Shown: positions 13,225 through 26,929, counted from the first letter of the stretch. The stretch: 64,000 nucleotides of DNA from Octopus sinensis (GCF_006345805.1 NC_042999.1:76942001-77006000), one strand, 5' to 3'. Made by a program: numbers and translations. Notes: generated from the sequence alone by a model not told the origin.

Positions 13225-13357
13225 TACATCTTACAGCTGTTTCGGCCATGTAGATAAGTATGTCTCATTTTTCCAATATTAGCCTTTTATGGTAGGTCAA
13301 TATATAGATATAAATGAGACATTTACAAAAATATCATAAGGCCTCTTCGGAGATATA
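13225..13357 (-). ncRNA. Type I minimal hammerhead ribozyme-like motif (Penelope-type), with core variant U4C
   Basis: Minus strand: TATATCT-CCGAAGA-GGCC-(~92 nt)-GGCC-GAAA-CAGCTG-TA-AGATGTA. Stem I has 7 bp (one G-U), stem II is GGCC/GGCC, stem III is the palindrome ACAGCTGT, and the cleavage triplet is GUA. Confidence 0.6.
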
Positions 13358-13853
13358 CATATACATATGAGTGCATATACTCACACTCCTATACATATAA
13401 AAATATACATATACATAATAATGTAAATAAATAATATAAATTAGTAAACATATATATGTTCCACATTCAATGTTTCAGTTTTTCAACTTAATATTGTGAT
13501 AATAAACATACACATATTAGTACCTAGATGCAAATATACATAGTCAATAGTACATTATATTACGTCCTACTAATTTCCAAAGTGTCATTAAAGTTAGCAT
13601 CATTATCGTTGTCATCCCATGGAGGGTTGCATTTACAACCTCAATCTCAATTTGTATATATATATATATATAACGAAGTAATGGGGCAAGACAGTGTTTA
13701 CGTGTAATCACAATTTAGGTAAGTTGAAATATGTTTGTCATATATTTCAACTGGTAAAAGCAAATAGACTGCAGTTACCGTGGCGAAAAAATCTCTGTTA
13801 TGGTAAAATCATGTGGAAATGTACATCTGTGTGTGTGCATGTGAGTGTATATA

Positions 13854-14080
13854 CAAGGTGACCCAAAAGTAGGTTTACAGTTATCACGTAGGCACTTCGA
13901 ATTTCTATTAAAACATTTTATTACATTTAAATTTCTATCTTATTATTACATTTAAATTTCTAACTAAATTAGCATAGAATAATGGTTTCATATTTTTTTT
14001 ATAATTTAAATCTAATCTGTTAATATATGAATGCGAAAGAGATAGTTAAATACCTGTAAACCTACTTTTGGGCCACCCTG
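13854..14080. mobile_element. Tc1/mariner-type MITE, family A, copy 2
   Basis: TA|CAAGGTGACCCAAAAGTAGGTTTACAG ... CTGTAAACCTACTTTTGGGCCACCCTG|TA; colinear with 516-727. Confidence 0.85.
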
Positions 14081-14307
14081 TATATATATATATATATACT
14101 TTATTTAAAGCAGCAGTAAATTCAACAAAACCTGTTACTCTGAGTTTCCCGTTGCCGTTCGTCGGACAGTTTTTGCTAGAATGGAACCGATATGTGAATT
14201 ATATCCAGACTATTACAAACGCTACACCTTTAAAAAATGGACTTGTTTGATTGGCCCTTTAGAAATAACGGCCAATTTTCGAGCGATAAACAAAGATGAG
14301 TTCAAAA

Positions 14308-14379
<72 letters not shown>

Positions 14380-14675
14380 ATATTTTTTAAATATTTAAAA
14401 AATATTAAAAATATTAAAAAATATAAAAATATAAAAATATATAAAAAATATTAAAAATATTAAAAAATATTTTTTAAAATATTTTTTAAAATATATTTAA
14501 AAATTTATAAAATTCGAGGAAAAACCTTACATTGAATAAAATACATATTGACCTTAATGAAGGAAATATAATTAATACATGGAAATTGAAATGCATTAAA
14601 AATATGCATTAAAAATATAACACAGCAATACATATTCATATTAAAGTATACATATATATCAACATACACAGAATA

Positions 14676-15315
14676 GATGCGTCGAATTGGCAGAATCGTT
14701 AACAAGCCGGGCGAAAAGCTACTAAGCATTTAGCTCCTCTGCACGTTCTCAATTCGAATTTCAACGAGGTCGACTTTGCTTTTCATTCTATCGAAGTCGA
14801 TAAAATAAATACCAGTTGAGTACTGGGGTAGATATAATCGATTTAGCCCCTCCTCCGAAATTGCTGGTCTTGTGCCAAAATTCGAAACCAATATATGAGT
14901 ATTGAAAACATGGCGGCGAGCTGGCAGAAACGTTAGCACGCCGGGCGAAATGCGTAGCCGTATTTCGTCTGCCATTACGTTCTGAGCTCAAATTCCGCCG
15001 AGGTCGACTTTACCTTTCATCCTCTCGAGGTCGATAAATTAAGTACCAATTACGCACTGGGGTCGATATAATCGTCTTAATCCGTTTGTTTTTTCCTTGT
15101 TTGTCCCCTCTGTGTTTAGCCCCTTGTGAGTAGTAAAGAAATAGGTATTTCATCCGCCTTTACCTCCTTCTGAGTTCAAATTTCGCCGAAGTTGAGTTTG
15201 CCCTCCATCCTTTCGGGGTCAATAAAATAAGTACCAGTTGGGCACTGAGGAAGATAAAATCAACTTACCCCCTCCCACGAAATTGCTCGCCTTGAATCAA
15301 AATCTGTAACCAATA
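14676..15315 (+). mobile_element. Head-to-tail SINE cluster (monomer ~14676-14893, dimer ~14912-15315)
   Basis: Repeated GGCGGCGAGCTGGCAGAA..GTTAGCACG head and GAGGTCGACTTT.CCTTTCATCC...GTCGATAAA...AAGTACCA body. Confidence 0.85.
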
Positions 15316-15536
15316 TATTTGTTGGTGTGTGTGTATGTATTGTAAATATAAATATTTTATACAAGATTATACATTTAATACGAAAACTCATATTAACTAT
15401 GAGAAATGAATACGGTAAACGTATATTAAATAAAATTTGCATATTGAGAAGTTTCACTGGAACGGCTTTATATATAGGACATGCCATGATGATATTTATA
15501 CTATGTATGTATGGAATGCATGTTGTGTTCATTATT

Positions 15537-15931
15537 CTTTTCTACTCTAAGCACAGGGCCCGAAATTTGGGGAGAGGGGGCCAGTCGATTAGATCGACCT
15601 CAGTACGCAACTGGTACTTAATTTATCGACGCCGAAAGGATGAAAGGCAAAGTCGACCTCGGAGGAATTTCAACTCAACGTAAAGACAGAACGTTTCTTA
15701 TTTCTTTACTGCCCACAAGGGGCTACACACAGAGAGAACAAACAAGGACAGAAAAACGGATTAAATCGATTATATCGACCCCAGTGCATAACTGGTACTT
15801 ATTTAATCGACTCCGAAAGGATGGAAGGCAAAGTCGACCTCGGCACAATTTGAACTCAGAACGTAGCGGCAGACGAAATACTGCTAAATATTTCGCTCGG
15901 CGTGCTAACGTTTCTACCAGCTCGTCGCCTT
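15537..15931 (-). mobile_element. Dimeric SINE with a 17-bp TSD
   Basis: Reverse-orientation copy of the dimer above; flanked by ATGTTGTGTTCATTATT (15520-15536) and ATGTTGCGTTCATTATT (15932-15948). Confidence 0.85.
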
Positions 15932-17699
15932 ATGTTGCGTTCATTATTGAAAAAATTATACTAGTTTTGATAAATGAATTTTGGCTGTAACCTAGCAGAG
16001 TAACGTATGATATTTTCTAACAAGTTTTTACCAAATTCGTGGAATGTAATTTATGTTGTATCATTTATTAAAATACCATCTTCTGTATAAAGTAATTTTT
16101 GACAGGACAGGTATACCAGCATATATACACGAAGATATACGAATACACACGCATGTGAGCGAGCGAGAGCGCGCGCACATACACACACATACACACACAC
16201 AAACAGACAAACAAACAAACACGAATAAACAAACACATACAAAATAGGGAAACGTGTCAAGTAGTACGAATTTCAGAGTAGCGACAAAATAAAACCCCAG
16301 CTTTTAATAACCATACTTGCATATTTACATATATACAGGCTTACATGCATACACATACATATACGTACATACATACATACATACATACATACATACATAC
16401 ATACATACATACATACATACATACATACATACATACATACATACATACATACATACATACGTGGAATCGTACGTACTTATATTCATATCTACAGAGATTG
16501 TTACACTTGCTTCAAAGATAAGTGCTGATGAGTGAGGTAGCGGAGGTGGTGGTGGTGGTGATGCTGATGGTAATGGATGTGGTTGACGTCGGTGTTAAGT
16601 GAAAAGATGGACTATTGAGGGATTTATTTTTTTATATCTATTTTTGTCTTTATCTACATGCATATTTATCTATTTATTTACTTACAACCATAACTTTCGG
16701 TGAGCAACACTGAAAACTGAAAGCTAATACGTTTGTGTTAACTTCGTTAAATTACGAACCGTTAGTTATTGCTTATTTGGCATTTAGAGACATGAAGGCG
16801 TCGTCGAACGCTTGAACTAGCATCTCACTGCTGGCTTATTATTGTTCCAAAATTATCCATCCCGAACGTGTAGTTGGTATCCAATTCCGTAGTGATAATT
16901 TAGCATGTCGCCGCCAAGGAACTACTTTTTCTTTTAATTGTTAGATTAGAAGACACGCGTAATCAGACATAATAAGGAATGTAGTTGTATACATACATTT
17001 AGTAAATAGTACACTGTGTAGTTTAGTTACGGTGAGTCATTCAGGAAGACCGATACATAACTAGGCAATTAATAAATTAGCGCGGATAGAGTAGCCATTT
17101 GGCAGGAATGGCTCGGGTGTGAAACAAAATAGTTTACAGGATATGGTTTATTCCTCTTTGGTTCTAAGTCTAAATCTCGGTACCAATTTCAATTGTGTCT
17201 TTTCTACCTTCTAGCAGTCATTAAGTAAAAGACACTAAGTCGCTACAAAATATTAGTTCTGTGACTATTGACTTTAGGGAATACTATTTTTTAGGGGAAT
17301 AGTATTTTTAGCGAATAACATTTTCTAAATTCAAAGAATCTCTAATGTATTAGTGTATATTAAATATACTTTATACCCTCTTCTCACAAATGTGAGGCTC
17401 TTCACACTCAACACTGATAGAATTTATAAAGAGGACTAAGGATTGAATCAAGAATATTATTGGTAGAGCATAAATGAACGAATTGATATATAAACATTAC
17501 TGGTCAACCAGCAGAGATTCTTAAACCTCAATTTTCCTATCTATGAGACCTAGATACAACCACAGCAAATTTTATTCTCGATAAATTATTGTCTTATCCT
17601 AAGTTAAGTGAGGAGAATAAAAAATAAGCTAACCTACTATGAAAAAGTTGACTCCATAAGCGGAAGTGTCTCGATAATAAGTGATGTTTTATTAATATA

Positions 17700-18532
17700 A
17701 GAACTGATTTGTAATTCATTTCTGGTTCTGAAGATGAAAATAGTAATCCTTTCACGCCTCAGCCCAATACCAGAAACCCTCAATTATTTTTTATTCTGAT
17801 CCATTTCATCCATTGCATTCAGGCCCTAGCTCAGGTTACGATCCACATGAAGATTGTAATGGACAACAGACCATCTCACATCAAATCCATTAGACACTAA
17901 CTACCTTCTCAGTGATATTATGCACTTGTGCACAAAACTGAGGTGGGATTCTATTTAATTAGACTTTTCTTTCGTTTAACTTTTGTGGTGAACTCCAGCA
18001 AATTATTGAGAGTGCTTTTATGTATATTGTGGAAGATAAAATTTGTATATTCAGCTGTAATATGTACAATGCCTATTATATATTCATCCATAAATGGTAA
18101 ACTTTTCAAGTGGTAGACTTAAGCTATCAGTTGGTTTAACACCACTACCTTGCCGTTGAGAGCTTTTAGTGGAATCTACTCTGTTACAGTGATTCGGACC
18201 ATGTTTCCAGTATGAAGATAACTGATATATGGGTGCTCTTTTTCTCCGCTACACATTCCGTGCATATTGCCCCCGTTTGTTAGAAGTTTAAAATCGTTTT
18301 CCAGCTGAGGCTCGGAGCGAAAGAATACTGGGGTCCTACCTCATGGGTAACTCCTAGACATGCCACCATAAATGTTTGCAAGCACACCTCTGATCTTACA
18401 CGCTTATTTGCTATTCTGACAGGGACTAATTACCAGTTAGCTGCAACGCAAGTCCTGGTTTCTTCCCTTTCTTACACTAGTGTTGGGGATCCCACAAAAG
18501 TCATTGGGTGCTACTTGCCATTAAAAAAAAAA
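17700..18532 (+). mobile_element. Highly degraded LINE remnant ending in a poly(A) tract
   Basis: Faint ORF2-like patches and an A10 tail at 18523-18532; weak evidence. Confidence 0.35.
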
Positions 18533-20152
18533 TCAGAACACGTCAGTTACAATGAGTACATCCCTTTCAATATATGGATACAAAATTTCGTCAGTAGTTT
18601 CCAATTATAGTTCTATTGACTCCAGAGATCATTGATTGTTTTGTTTTCTTTTTGTTTTTTACTTTAGTGCACAAACAAATATTTGTAAAGGATATGATGT
18701 AGTCTGTTGACTGAACGCCAGCATTTTACTTGCTTTATTGATCCTGACAAGACTTGGACAGAGAATGAAAAGGAATGTAGGTTTTCTTTACTTGCCAGAT
18801 CTGGAGGAAGGAGCAGTGATTGTGGTCTTGATAGGTCATCCCGACTTGCAACTTAACATAGCAAAAAGGCATAAGCAGGAAAGGAATCTCAAAGATCCAA
18901 CGTTATGGACAAGGACTGGGCGTAATGATTAGTGCGGGTCCTGTGGAATTGAACACAAGTGCGATGAGGAGGGAAAGACGAGTAGGTCGGGAATGCTCGA
19001 GTGGGAGCAGTATGAATCTAATCCGAGAATTAGACAGAAGAAAGAACACTCTTCTGGGACAGAAGATGGTGCGTGTCTTTGTATTATTTAGATGGCTCTT
19101 TTCTGGTTGTGTTTTCGGATAACTATGTTGGAGCAATTGTACCGCCCCTGATGTGAGAGCCACACTCATTTAAGGGTCTCACCTAAGCTTTGTAGAATGT
19201 CAATATATGTTAGTGGGTGTTCCTCATGTTACTCTGAAGAGAAGGGTCAGTTGTTGTGATGTGATCCTAGCTACTTTTGCCCGGAGATGTTGATGATAAT
19301 GAGGCCCAAAATTTGGAGTGATTCTCAAGGATCTTGTTGCGTGCTGTTCGTGTTTAAGAAGGTGTTGAACGGTGATGTTTTCTGAATATTAGTAACTTTT
19401 TGTTTTCTTGATGTGGTGTTTAAAAGAAACATAATTGGTATATTTCTATCAGAGAATGGTTTCAAGATCTCTGCTCATGGAATCAGTTTGTCATGTGACT
19501 CTAGCCTGAAGAGTGTTAGAGAAGAATGATGTATAGTGTCATATGTATAAGAACAGGCGTTCGAAGACATGTTTAATAGTCAGTGATGTATAGAAGGAAG
19601 GAATTAGGGTAGAAAAACCGAACCCTGAGGCACATTATGATAGTGCTGTCTTTTGGGAGACTATCTAAACAAGATAACTTTGATGAGGGCGCTGCACACC
19701 TGCCGAAAGCTTTGCTGGGGTTGAGTACGACAATATTGTTGTCACCAGCACACAGGCGAGACCCTACAAGTGGATGACATATAGGAGTAGGCCACCAATG
19801 CATCTAGCTCTACGGAAACTATGCTAGTGGCCGTTAAGGAATGAGAGAGAGATTGATGGTGCTGGGGAACGTCGTTACTTTAGAGATGTGGAAAGTGAGT
19901 ATGATAGAGCGATAGCTGTCAGATTCAGAGGGATGTCTTTCTTGAGAATTGGGCACACTGTGATAAGTTTCCAAAGGCCAAAGTATACCACTGCCGAGAG
20001 TGAAAGATTGAAGAGTTTGGTGAGTATAGGGGTAAGCTTTGAGGCACAATGTTTAAAGGTAATCGAAAGGATATCACCAGATGTGTTTATTGGTAATCGA
20101 AAAGACATCACCTGTAACTTTGTTGCTTTAAAGCGACCTGAGATACACTCGT

Positions 20153-20227
<75 letters not shown>

Positions 20228-21165
20228 AACGAGGTGAGCTTAGAATAGCGGAAGGTGATACATTTGAAGATTTTCCAAGTGTGCTCAGTGATGCTCACAG
20301 AATCATCGTTGTTGTGAAGTGGAGGGAAAGAAAACTCTGCAAAATTGGCAAGGGACCAGTATGATCGACTGCATTTTGGTGGGTGGGAAACTTTGATGGT
20401 ATGCATAAAGGCATCTTTTGTGGTGTGGCTAATGATCTTGTAGGAATTGCTTTAGTGGTAAACAGTGCTACTTTTTTTTTTTTTTTTTTGAGTGAGGAGT
20501 TCAGGTGCTGTAAGCCTTTCCTAAACAGCTGCGCACCAAAATGAGTGATCCAGTTGATTTGAGACACTGATTGATATTTTTTATTGTGTGATGACATAGA
20601 GGGACGTACTTGAAAGGATACACTGGCCAAGAATGATGTATATTACCTAGAATAGTAAGAATAAAATTGCCGAAGCTCCGATCATTCTGCTGATATAAAA
20701 TGCCAAAAGTTGCTGGGGTACGTGTGTTTTGTGATAAGTCAATGTCCGTTGGGTAGTTGCGATAAGGCAATGGTCGTTCGACTCGGTAGTTTGATAAAGA
20801 TTACGTTTGAAAAGGAGAAAGAGACTAACGAATGATTGGAGGTATTTGTATACCAATCGGAACGCATGTAAGGGTTAAGATACGTTAATGTGAAGAGTTG
20901 AGGATTGTAAAATATTCCCTTTCTGCACCTGTGACATCGGTATAGGGTGAATTAGAAGGTCACAAGGAGTTATGATCACTGAACTTGCCGAAGACAACTT
21001 CGAAGAAGGATGAAGTGAGAATATGCCTTATATGTACATGGAGATGTGAGCGCAGAGGTGTTGGTAGTTCATTGAGTTAGAAGAGCGTGGGAGGGAGCAG
21101 CGTTATTTGAAAGTATGAGGGAGAGTTTGAATCAGAGTAAATATATGTCACTATTACTGATATCC

Positions 21166-21466
21166 GTGGAGGTGCAATGGCCCAGTGGTTAGTGCAGCGG
21201 ACTCGCGGTCAGAGGATTGCGGTTTCGATTCCCAGACCGGGCGTTGTGTGTGTTTATTGAGCGAAAACACCTAAAGCTCCACGATGCTCCGACAGATGGT
21301 GGTGGCGACCCCTGTTGTACTCTTTCGACCCAACTTTCTCTCACTGTTTCTTGAGTAACGCTGCGATGGACTGGCGTCCCATCCAGCTGGCGGGGGGGGG
21401 GGGCACATACGCCATAGAAACTGGGAAACCGGACCCATGAGCCTGGCTAGGCTTGAAAATGGCGCA

Positions 21467-21501
<35 letters not shown>

Positions 21502-21504
21502 ATA
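21166..21504 (+). mobile_element. tRNA-derived SINE with a (TAAA)n tail
   Basis: A box TGGCCCAGTGG, B box GGTTTCGATTCC, (TAAA)n tail; TSD TATTACTGATATCC at 21152-21165 and 21505-21518. Confidence 0.9.
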
Positions 21505-21518
21505 TATTACTGATATCC

Positions 21519-21729
21519 AGCGAGCCAGCAGAATCGTTAGCACGCGGGGGGAAATGTTTAGCGGCATTTCGTCCACCTTTACGTTCTGTGCTGAAATTCC
21601 GTCGAGGTCGACTTTACATTTAATCCTTTCAGGGACGATAAAATAAGTACCAGTTGAGCACTGGGATCGATCTAATCGACTTATCCCATCCTCTGAACTT
21701 GCTGGCCTTGTAGTAAGATTTGAAACTAT
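21519..21729 (+). mobile_element. SINE of the GTCGACTTT family
   Basis: Same body as the copy at 14676; TSD TATTACTGATATCCAG at 21505-21520 and 21730-21745. Confidence 0.85.
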
Positions 21730-23022
21730 TATTACTGATATCCAGGCGAAGGAGATGATTAACAAATGAGTGGGTTATACGTAAGTGAAGACACCACCTT
21801 TCTGAGTAAAGTTTTGAATAAAGTATGTAGCCTGGACAGTGGAGATGGAGAGGTGGCAGAAGTTAAGAAATTTGTGTCAGGGAGAAGAATAGTCTGCATA
21901 TACGCAAAAGGTTGGTTCATAGAATATTGTGTGACTTACAGCCGTTTCTTCAATGCACCACACTTAACCTCGAAAGACCTTGATGTGGAACCTTTGATGG
22001 CCATTGGCAGATGTTCATACAATGACTAAAGTTCAGGCATATTAAAGTCTCAACTTTATTGCAGGATACATTTTTACACTGGCGGTGAGCAGTGTTATAA
22101 ACCAAAGTTTTCCTGAAAGAGTTCAGCTTTTATTTCGCTTACAATGTAACAGAGATTGTTATACGACCCACAAATGAATTACATCAACATTTCGCAGAAG
22201 TTTCAGTCTCTCAAATACATACATATGTATATAAACATCTGTGTGTGTGTGTGTGCGTGCGTGTGTGTATGTTTGGCTGTATTTGTCTATGTTCTTCATA
22301 TTTATACATCACTGTTATTCCTTTTAGGTCATTTTTGTTAAATTTATGTAGATTACCTGGACCGTAAATACACACACTCACACACACACACACACACACA
22401 TATTGACCAGTTTGATAATGAGACGTTCATGCCTTCCTACTGCTGGTCAGGGCAGAGGAAATAAAGGATTCACTATTTTTTTCTTTCAATTATGTATGGG
22501 TGAAAGACATCTTAGCTTTTGAACTTTTTAGCAATGATAATTTGAGTTGAATTAGATATGGGTGTCTGTGCGCACGCGCGCGCGTGTGCGTGCTAGTGTG
22601 TGTGTGCGTGTACGTTGTAATATAGTTACTATTTACTTCCTAGTGTTCTTTTTAGCCCCGGATCAGTCTTGGATAAGTAAACATATGATCAATGTTGTTC
22701 TATCTGTGAACAACCAATATTGTTTTCAAGTAAGCATACTGTATAGAGGACTACATTATGCAATATGTTTCTTGAGCAATTTGATATCAATTTCGTTGGA
22801 AGAGCCCAAGCCAAGCAGCCACAAACAGGTACCTTATTCTCCTGGTTCTATGCTTTCAGAAAACATTCAATGAAATAATATGACTAGATAATGAACAATG
22901 ATCAATTCAGTAATATATCCCCCCCCCCGTAACAAATTCTAATAAAACACACACACAAACGGGGGTCGGAAAGAGAGAGAGAGCAGTGTATATATATTTG
23001 TGCATACATGCATACAAACATC

Positions 23023-23055
<33 letters not shown>

Positions 23056-23076
23056 CTGTGTATGTGTGTGTGTATT

Positions 23077-23124
<48 letters not shown>

Positions 23125-23224
23125 TATATTTATATATACTTAATACTCTCTACTTCATTGGTATTAGATTTATTTGTATTATAATAGTATGCTTTCCACA
23201 CAAAACATATACATATATATACAT

Positions 23225-23520
<296 letters not shown>

Positions 23521-23885
23521 CCTCGTGAACACATGGGATTGTATTAATGTATTTCACTTCACTTCAGTACATTTACTGATATTCTGCTGCATATTGGTAC
23601 AATATATTTAAAAATAAAAACAGAAAAATGGTTATCACTAGTTAATATGAAACTGTGCGGAAGCGAAAGAAAATATTAAAAATAAAAATAATAACTACAG
23701 TCTGCATTTCAGAAATTAGTTATTGATTGTTTCAGTTTCACAGAGACATGTTAAAAGTTACATAACATCACTTCTAATCGTTTATTTAAAACATCAGTAA
23801 ACAAAATGCTGTACTCACAGCAGTGGGCGGGTTTGTTGTTGTTCTCGTTGTAGTTGTTGTTGCTGCTGCTGCTGTTATCATTATC

Positions 23886-23944
<59 letters not shown>

Positions 23945-24047
23945 CAGTAGTAGTTCGGTTAGCCGTCTTGTGATTAGAGAGAAAGACAGTGTCTGTGCGT
24001 TATGTACATAGGCTTTAACTAAACAAATCGGTTTATATTAGCAGTCG

Positions 24048-24081
<34 letters not shown>

Positions 24082-24291
24082 CAAACAGTAAATTTACAAA
24101 GACGCCAGAGTATCACACAGAATGCCTTGCAGTATCTGTTTCGGCTCATTACATTTTGAGTTCAAATCTCGACGAGACTAACTTTGTTTTTTCACCGTCT
24201 TCTGTGTCCATAAACAAAATACTAGTCAAGTCCTGATGTTAATTTCACTTACTTTCTATCTCTCTCTCCTTCACACACACACACACACATA

Positions 24292-24370
<79 letters not shown>

Positions 24371-24955
24371 ACATACACACTCATTCTCTCTCCCTTTCTC
24401 TCTCTCTCTCGCTTTTTCACTTTCTCTGAATCGGTCTCGTGAAAGAGCCAAGAATGAAACATTCGCATCGCGACGCCACCAATCTTTTCACCACCATTTT
24501 CTGAAGATAAAATGATGATATTGATTATGATGATGAGAGGTGTGATGATAGTTGTAAGTGTGGTCGTCGTTGTTGTTGTTGTAGTAGTAGTAGTAGTAGT
24601 GTAGTAGTAGTAGTAGTAGTAGTAGTATAGTAGTAGTAGTAGTGTAGTAGTAGTAGAGATGACGGTGGTGGTGGTGGTGGTGGTGGTGATGGTGATTTGG
24701 TGGTGTCAGTGAGTGTTAGTGTTAATTCTTATTTAGCCCAAGGTCAGTTCTGATTGAGTAGTACGATGTTTAAAGTTTTTCAAGAAAATGTATCTAGAAT
24801 TATGTTATCTGAAATAATCCTTACATTTTTTAAAGACAGTAGATCATGATTTTAAGGGAGATTTGGGTGCTACTTCTTGCAGATCAAGGCTCATTCATTG
24901 GTTCCATGTAATGGAAACACTGTCAGCCGAAACTCGTGATTGTGTGGTGCAAATA

Positions 24956-25328
24956 TTGGGTTGTCCGGAAAGTTCGTGCCGATTTATAGTAGCTTACCTT
25001 TCGACTTATTTTAGAACATGGTTGAGTCCATAAAATAGGATTTGACTACATTTGGAGCACAGTTTAAGCTATTTATTCAGGTCTCAGCAGAATAGTCTTA
25101 ATGGTAAAAATTTCAATTCCTTGGATGACATAAAAAGATACCTTGATGAATTCTTTGCCATGAAATCACCTCAATTCTGGGAAGAGGGTATTTTCAAGTT
25201 AAAGGAAAGATGGAGACGCATTGTGCAACAAAATGGTTAATATTTGGTTGATTAAAAATGTAATGGCAAGTATTTATTGACCTTTTTCTTTCCTTTAAAA
25301 ATCAGCACGAACTTTCTAGACAACCCAA
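24956..25328 (+). mobile_element. Internally deleted mariner element retaining the transposase C-terminus
   Basis: TA|TTGGGTTGTCCGGAAAGTTCGTGCCGATTT ... AAATCAGCACGAACTTTCTAGACAACCCAA|TA. Translation YLFRSQQNSLNGKNFNSLDDIKRYLDEFFAMKSPQFWEEGIFKLKERWRRIVQQNG matches a mariner C-terminus. Confidence 0.9.
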
Positions 25329-25699
25329 TACATATGAATAGTTCATGTTTCAAGAAGAAGTGGGAGCACGAAGAGAATTAGTGAAATTCTATCGTGGTCT
25401 CATTTAATTAGGAATTTATAGATTAATTCTGACAAAGCAGCTTACACCTGATGGTATCTGAGGACTTATTTAAATCATAAATCGTATATGAGGAGCTCGG
25501 ATACTGCAAACTGTAGATAATTTAGCTGTTGCGTTAGGAGCACATGTTATTATAAATGGTGATCTATAAGGGGTGCCGATATCTATATTACACCAAGACA
25601 TAAACGGTGACCAGATTACCCTTCGCAGTAATTAATGACTTGACAGTCAAGAAAAGAATGTAGGCACCGTAAAACTGTAGCTGATCACTAGATAAGAAT

Positions 25700-26250
25700 C
25701 ATGTTCGTCCTTCGGAGCGACGATGTCCATCTAATCAGCTTCAAGGACGACTGATGATTTGCGCAGTGACTTTGTTTAAAGTGAAGTTGCACACCCTTAA
25801 CCTCACTCTCTCATCCGTGACCATCTTCAATTTAGTGGCAAGACCTAGTCAAGACAACCAGAGATGGAGGTAGACGCATTGGATGACTATGATCCCTTAC
25901 TTGTCTCATCCTGCTCTCTGCTTTCCACAATGTGTGCCTCTTTCTCTGCTAAACCATGAAGGTTTCTTCTGCAGAATCGTTTGGAACCACTATTCTCAAG
26001 CTGTAACTCATCAAGAATTACATACCCATTGGCTACCTCTCACCTGGTTTAACCCACCATTCAAAGTGGTTTACTAGGTTGTGGCCGCCGTAAAATGCGA
26101 ACAGCTACTAGGAGCTACAGGTGAGAGTTAGGTACCAGGTGGAGACCAAAGCGCGATCCACCCTTACGAGTGCGACGTGTTTCCTCATCAAAGATGCTAC
26201 CCCTCTCTAACACCTCATACACCCTAACCACCCCACTAGATTAGAATATA
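25700..26250 (-). mobile_element. Probable non-autonomous RTE-derived element (5' UTR-like segment joined to a 3' end)
   Basis: GC-rich island. The minus strand has GCGGCCACA...GTAAACCACTTTGAATGGTGGGTTAAACCAGGTGAGAGGTAGCC (RTE 5' UTR-like, from recall) and a terminal stem-loop CGTC-N9-GACG. No ORF2. Confidence 0.5.
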
Positions 26251-26929
26251 CTATAGAGGATGACTAAAATTTTGACGCTGTAGTGAGTGCCCACCTGTCT
26301 AGATTAAGATAGATTGCAGATGACTAGGTCAGCACAAACTGTAACTGATGACTAAATTAATTCATATAACTTATGACCAGATTATCATAGAGTGTAGATT
26401 GTTAATGGTAAAATTATAATTACATCTTGATACAACCTCGAAATGATTGCTGAATTTGGACCGACTGTTTGATCGGTGGTATCCAAAGTATGACATCGAC
26501 TCCACGGGGATTTTTAATTGGTTCAGATGAGTAAGCTATAAGGAGTAGGAATACATTCTTTTTTCGTTTTTATCTAACAAGAACTAATTTTATACGTTAA
26601 CCAGTCTACAGTATTTGCTCAATAATTTTTTTTCTTTTTGTCATTGATTTTGGAACAGTGAAAATCTATATCAGGAGTTACCTCCCGCACTTGCTGAAAT
26701 AATTAAAATAATATTGATTTCTTGCACGGGCACACAGTATCTCAAATTTTGAGGAAGGAAACAATCGATTTTATCGTCCCCAGTACTTGACTGTAATTTA
26801 TTTTATCGATTCAGGGATGATGAAAAACTTAGTTGACTTCAGTGAGATTTGACCTCACAACATAAAGAGCCAGACACACCAAATAATTCTATTCTACCAA
26901 TCCACCGCCCTCAAAATATATTAATCGCA

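Larger units (their letters stand above)
18700..21960 (-). mobile_element. Near full-length degenerate CR1-group LINE ORF2 (APE endonuclease + RT), interrupted by (CA)n and two SINEs
   Basis: Minus-strand motifs in order: LFFSLTQIS; F.QKGGVFTYV; endonuclease SNDH; ILSITFKHCASKLTPILTKLFNLSLS...WKLITVCPILKK; VVLNPSKAFGR (ALDISKAFDR); ECGSHIRGG; RTNHYAQS. Many stop codons. Confidence 0.8.

Noticed and set aside
14370-14510. A/T-only irregular tract after (TA)n
   Set aside because: Low complexity and possibly a long-read consensus error; no definable unit.
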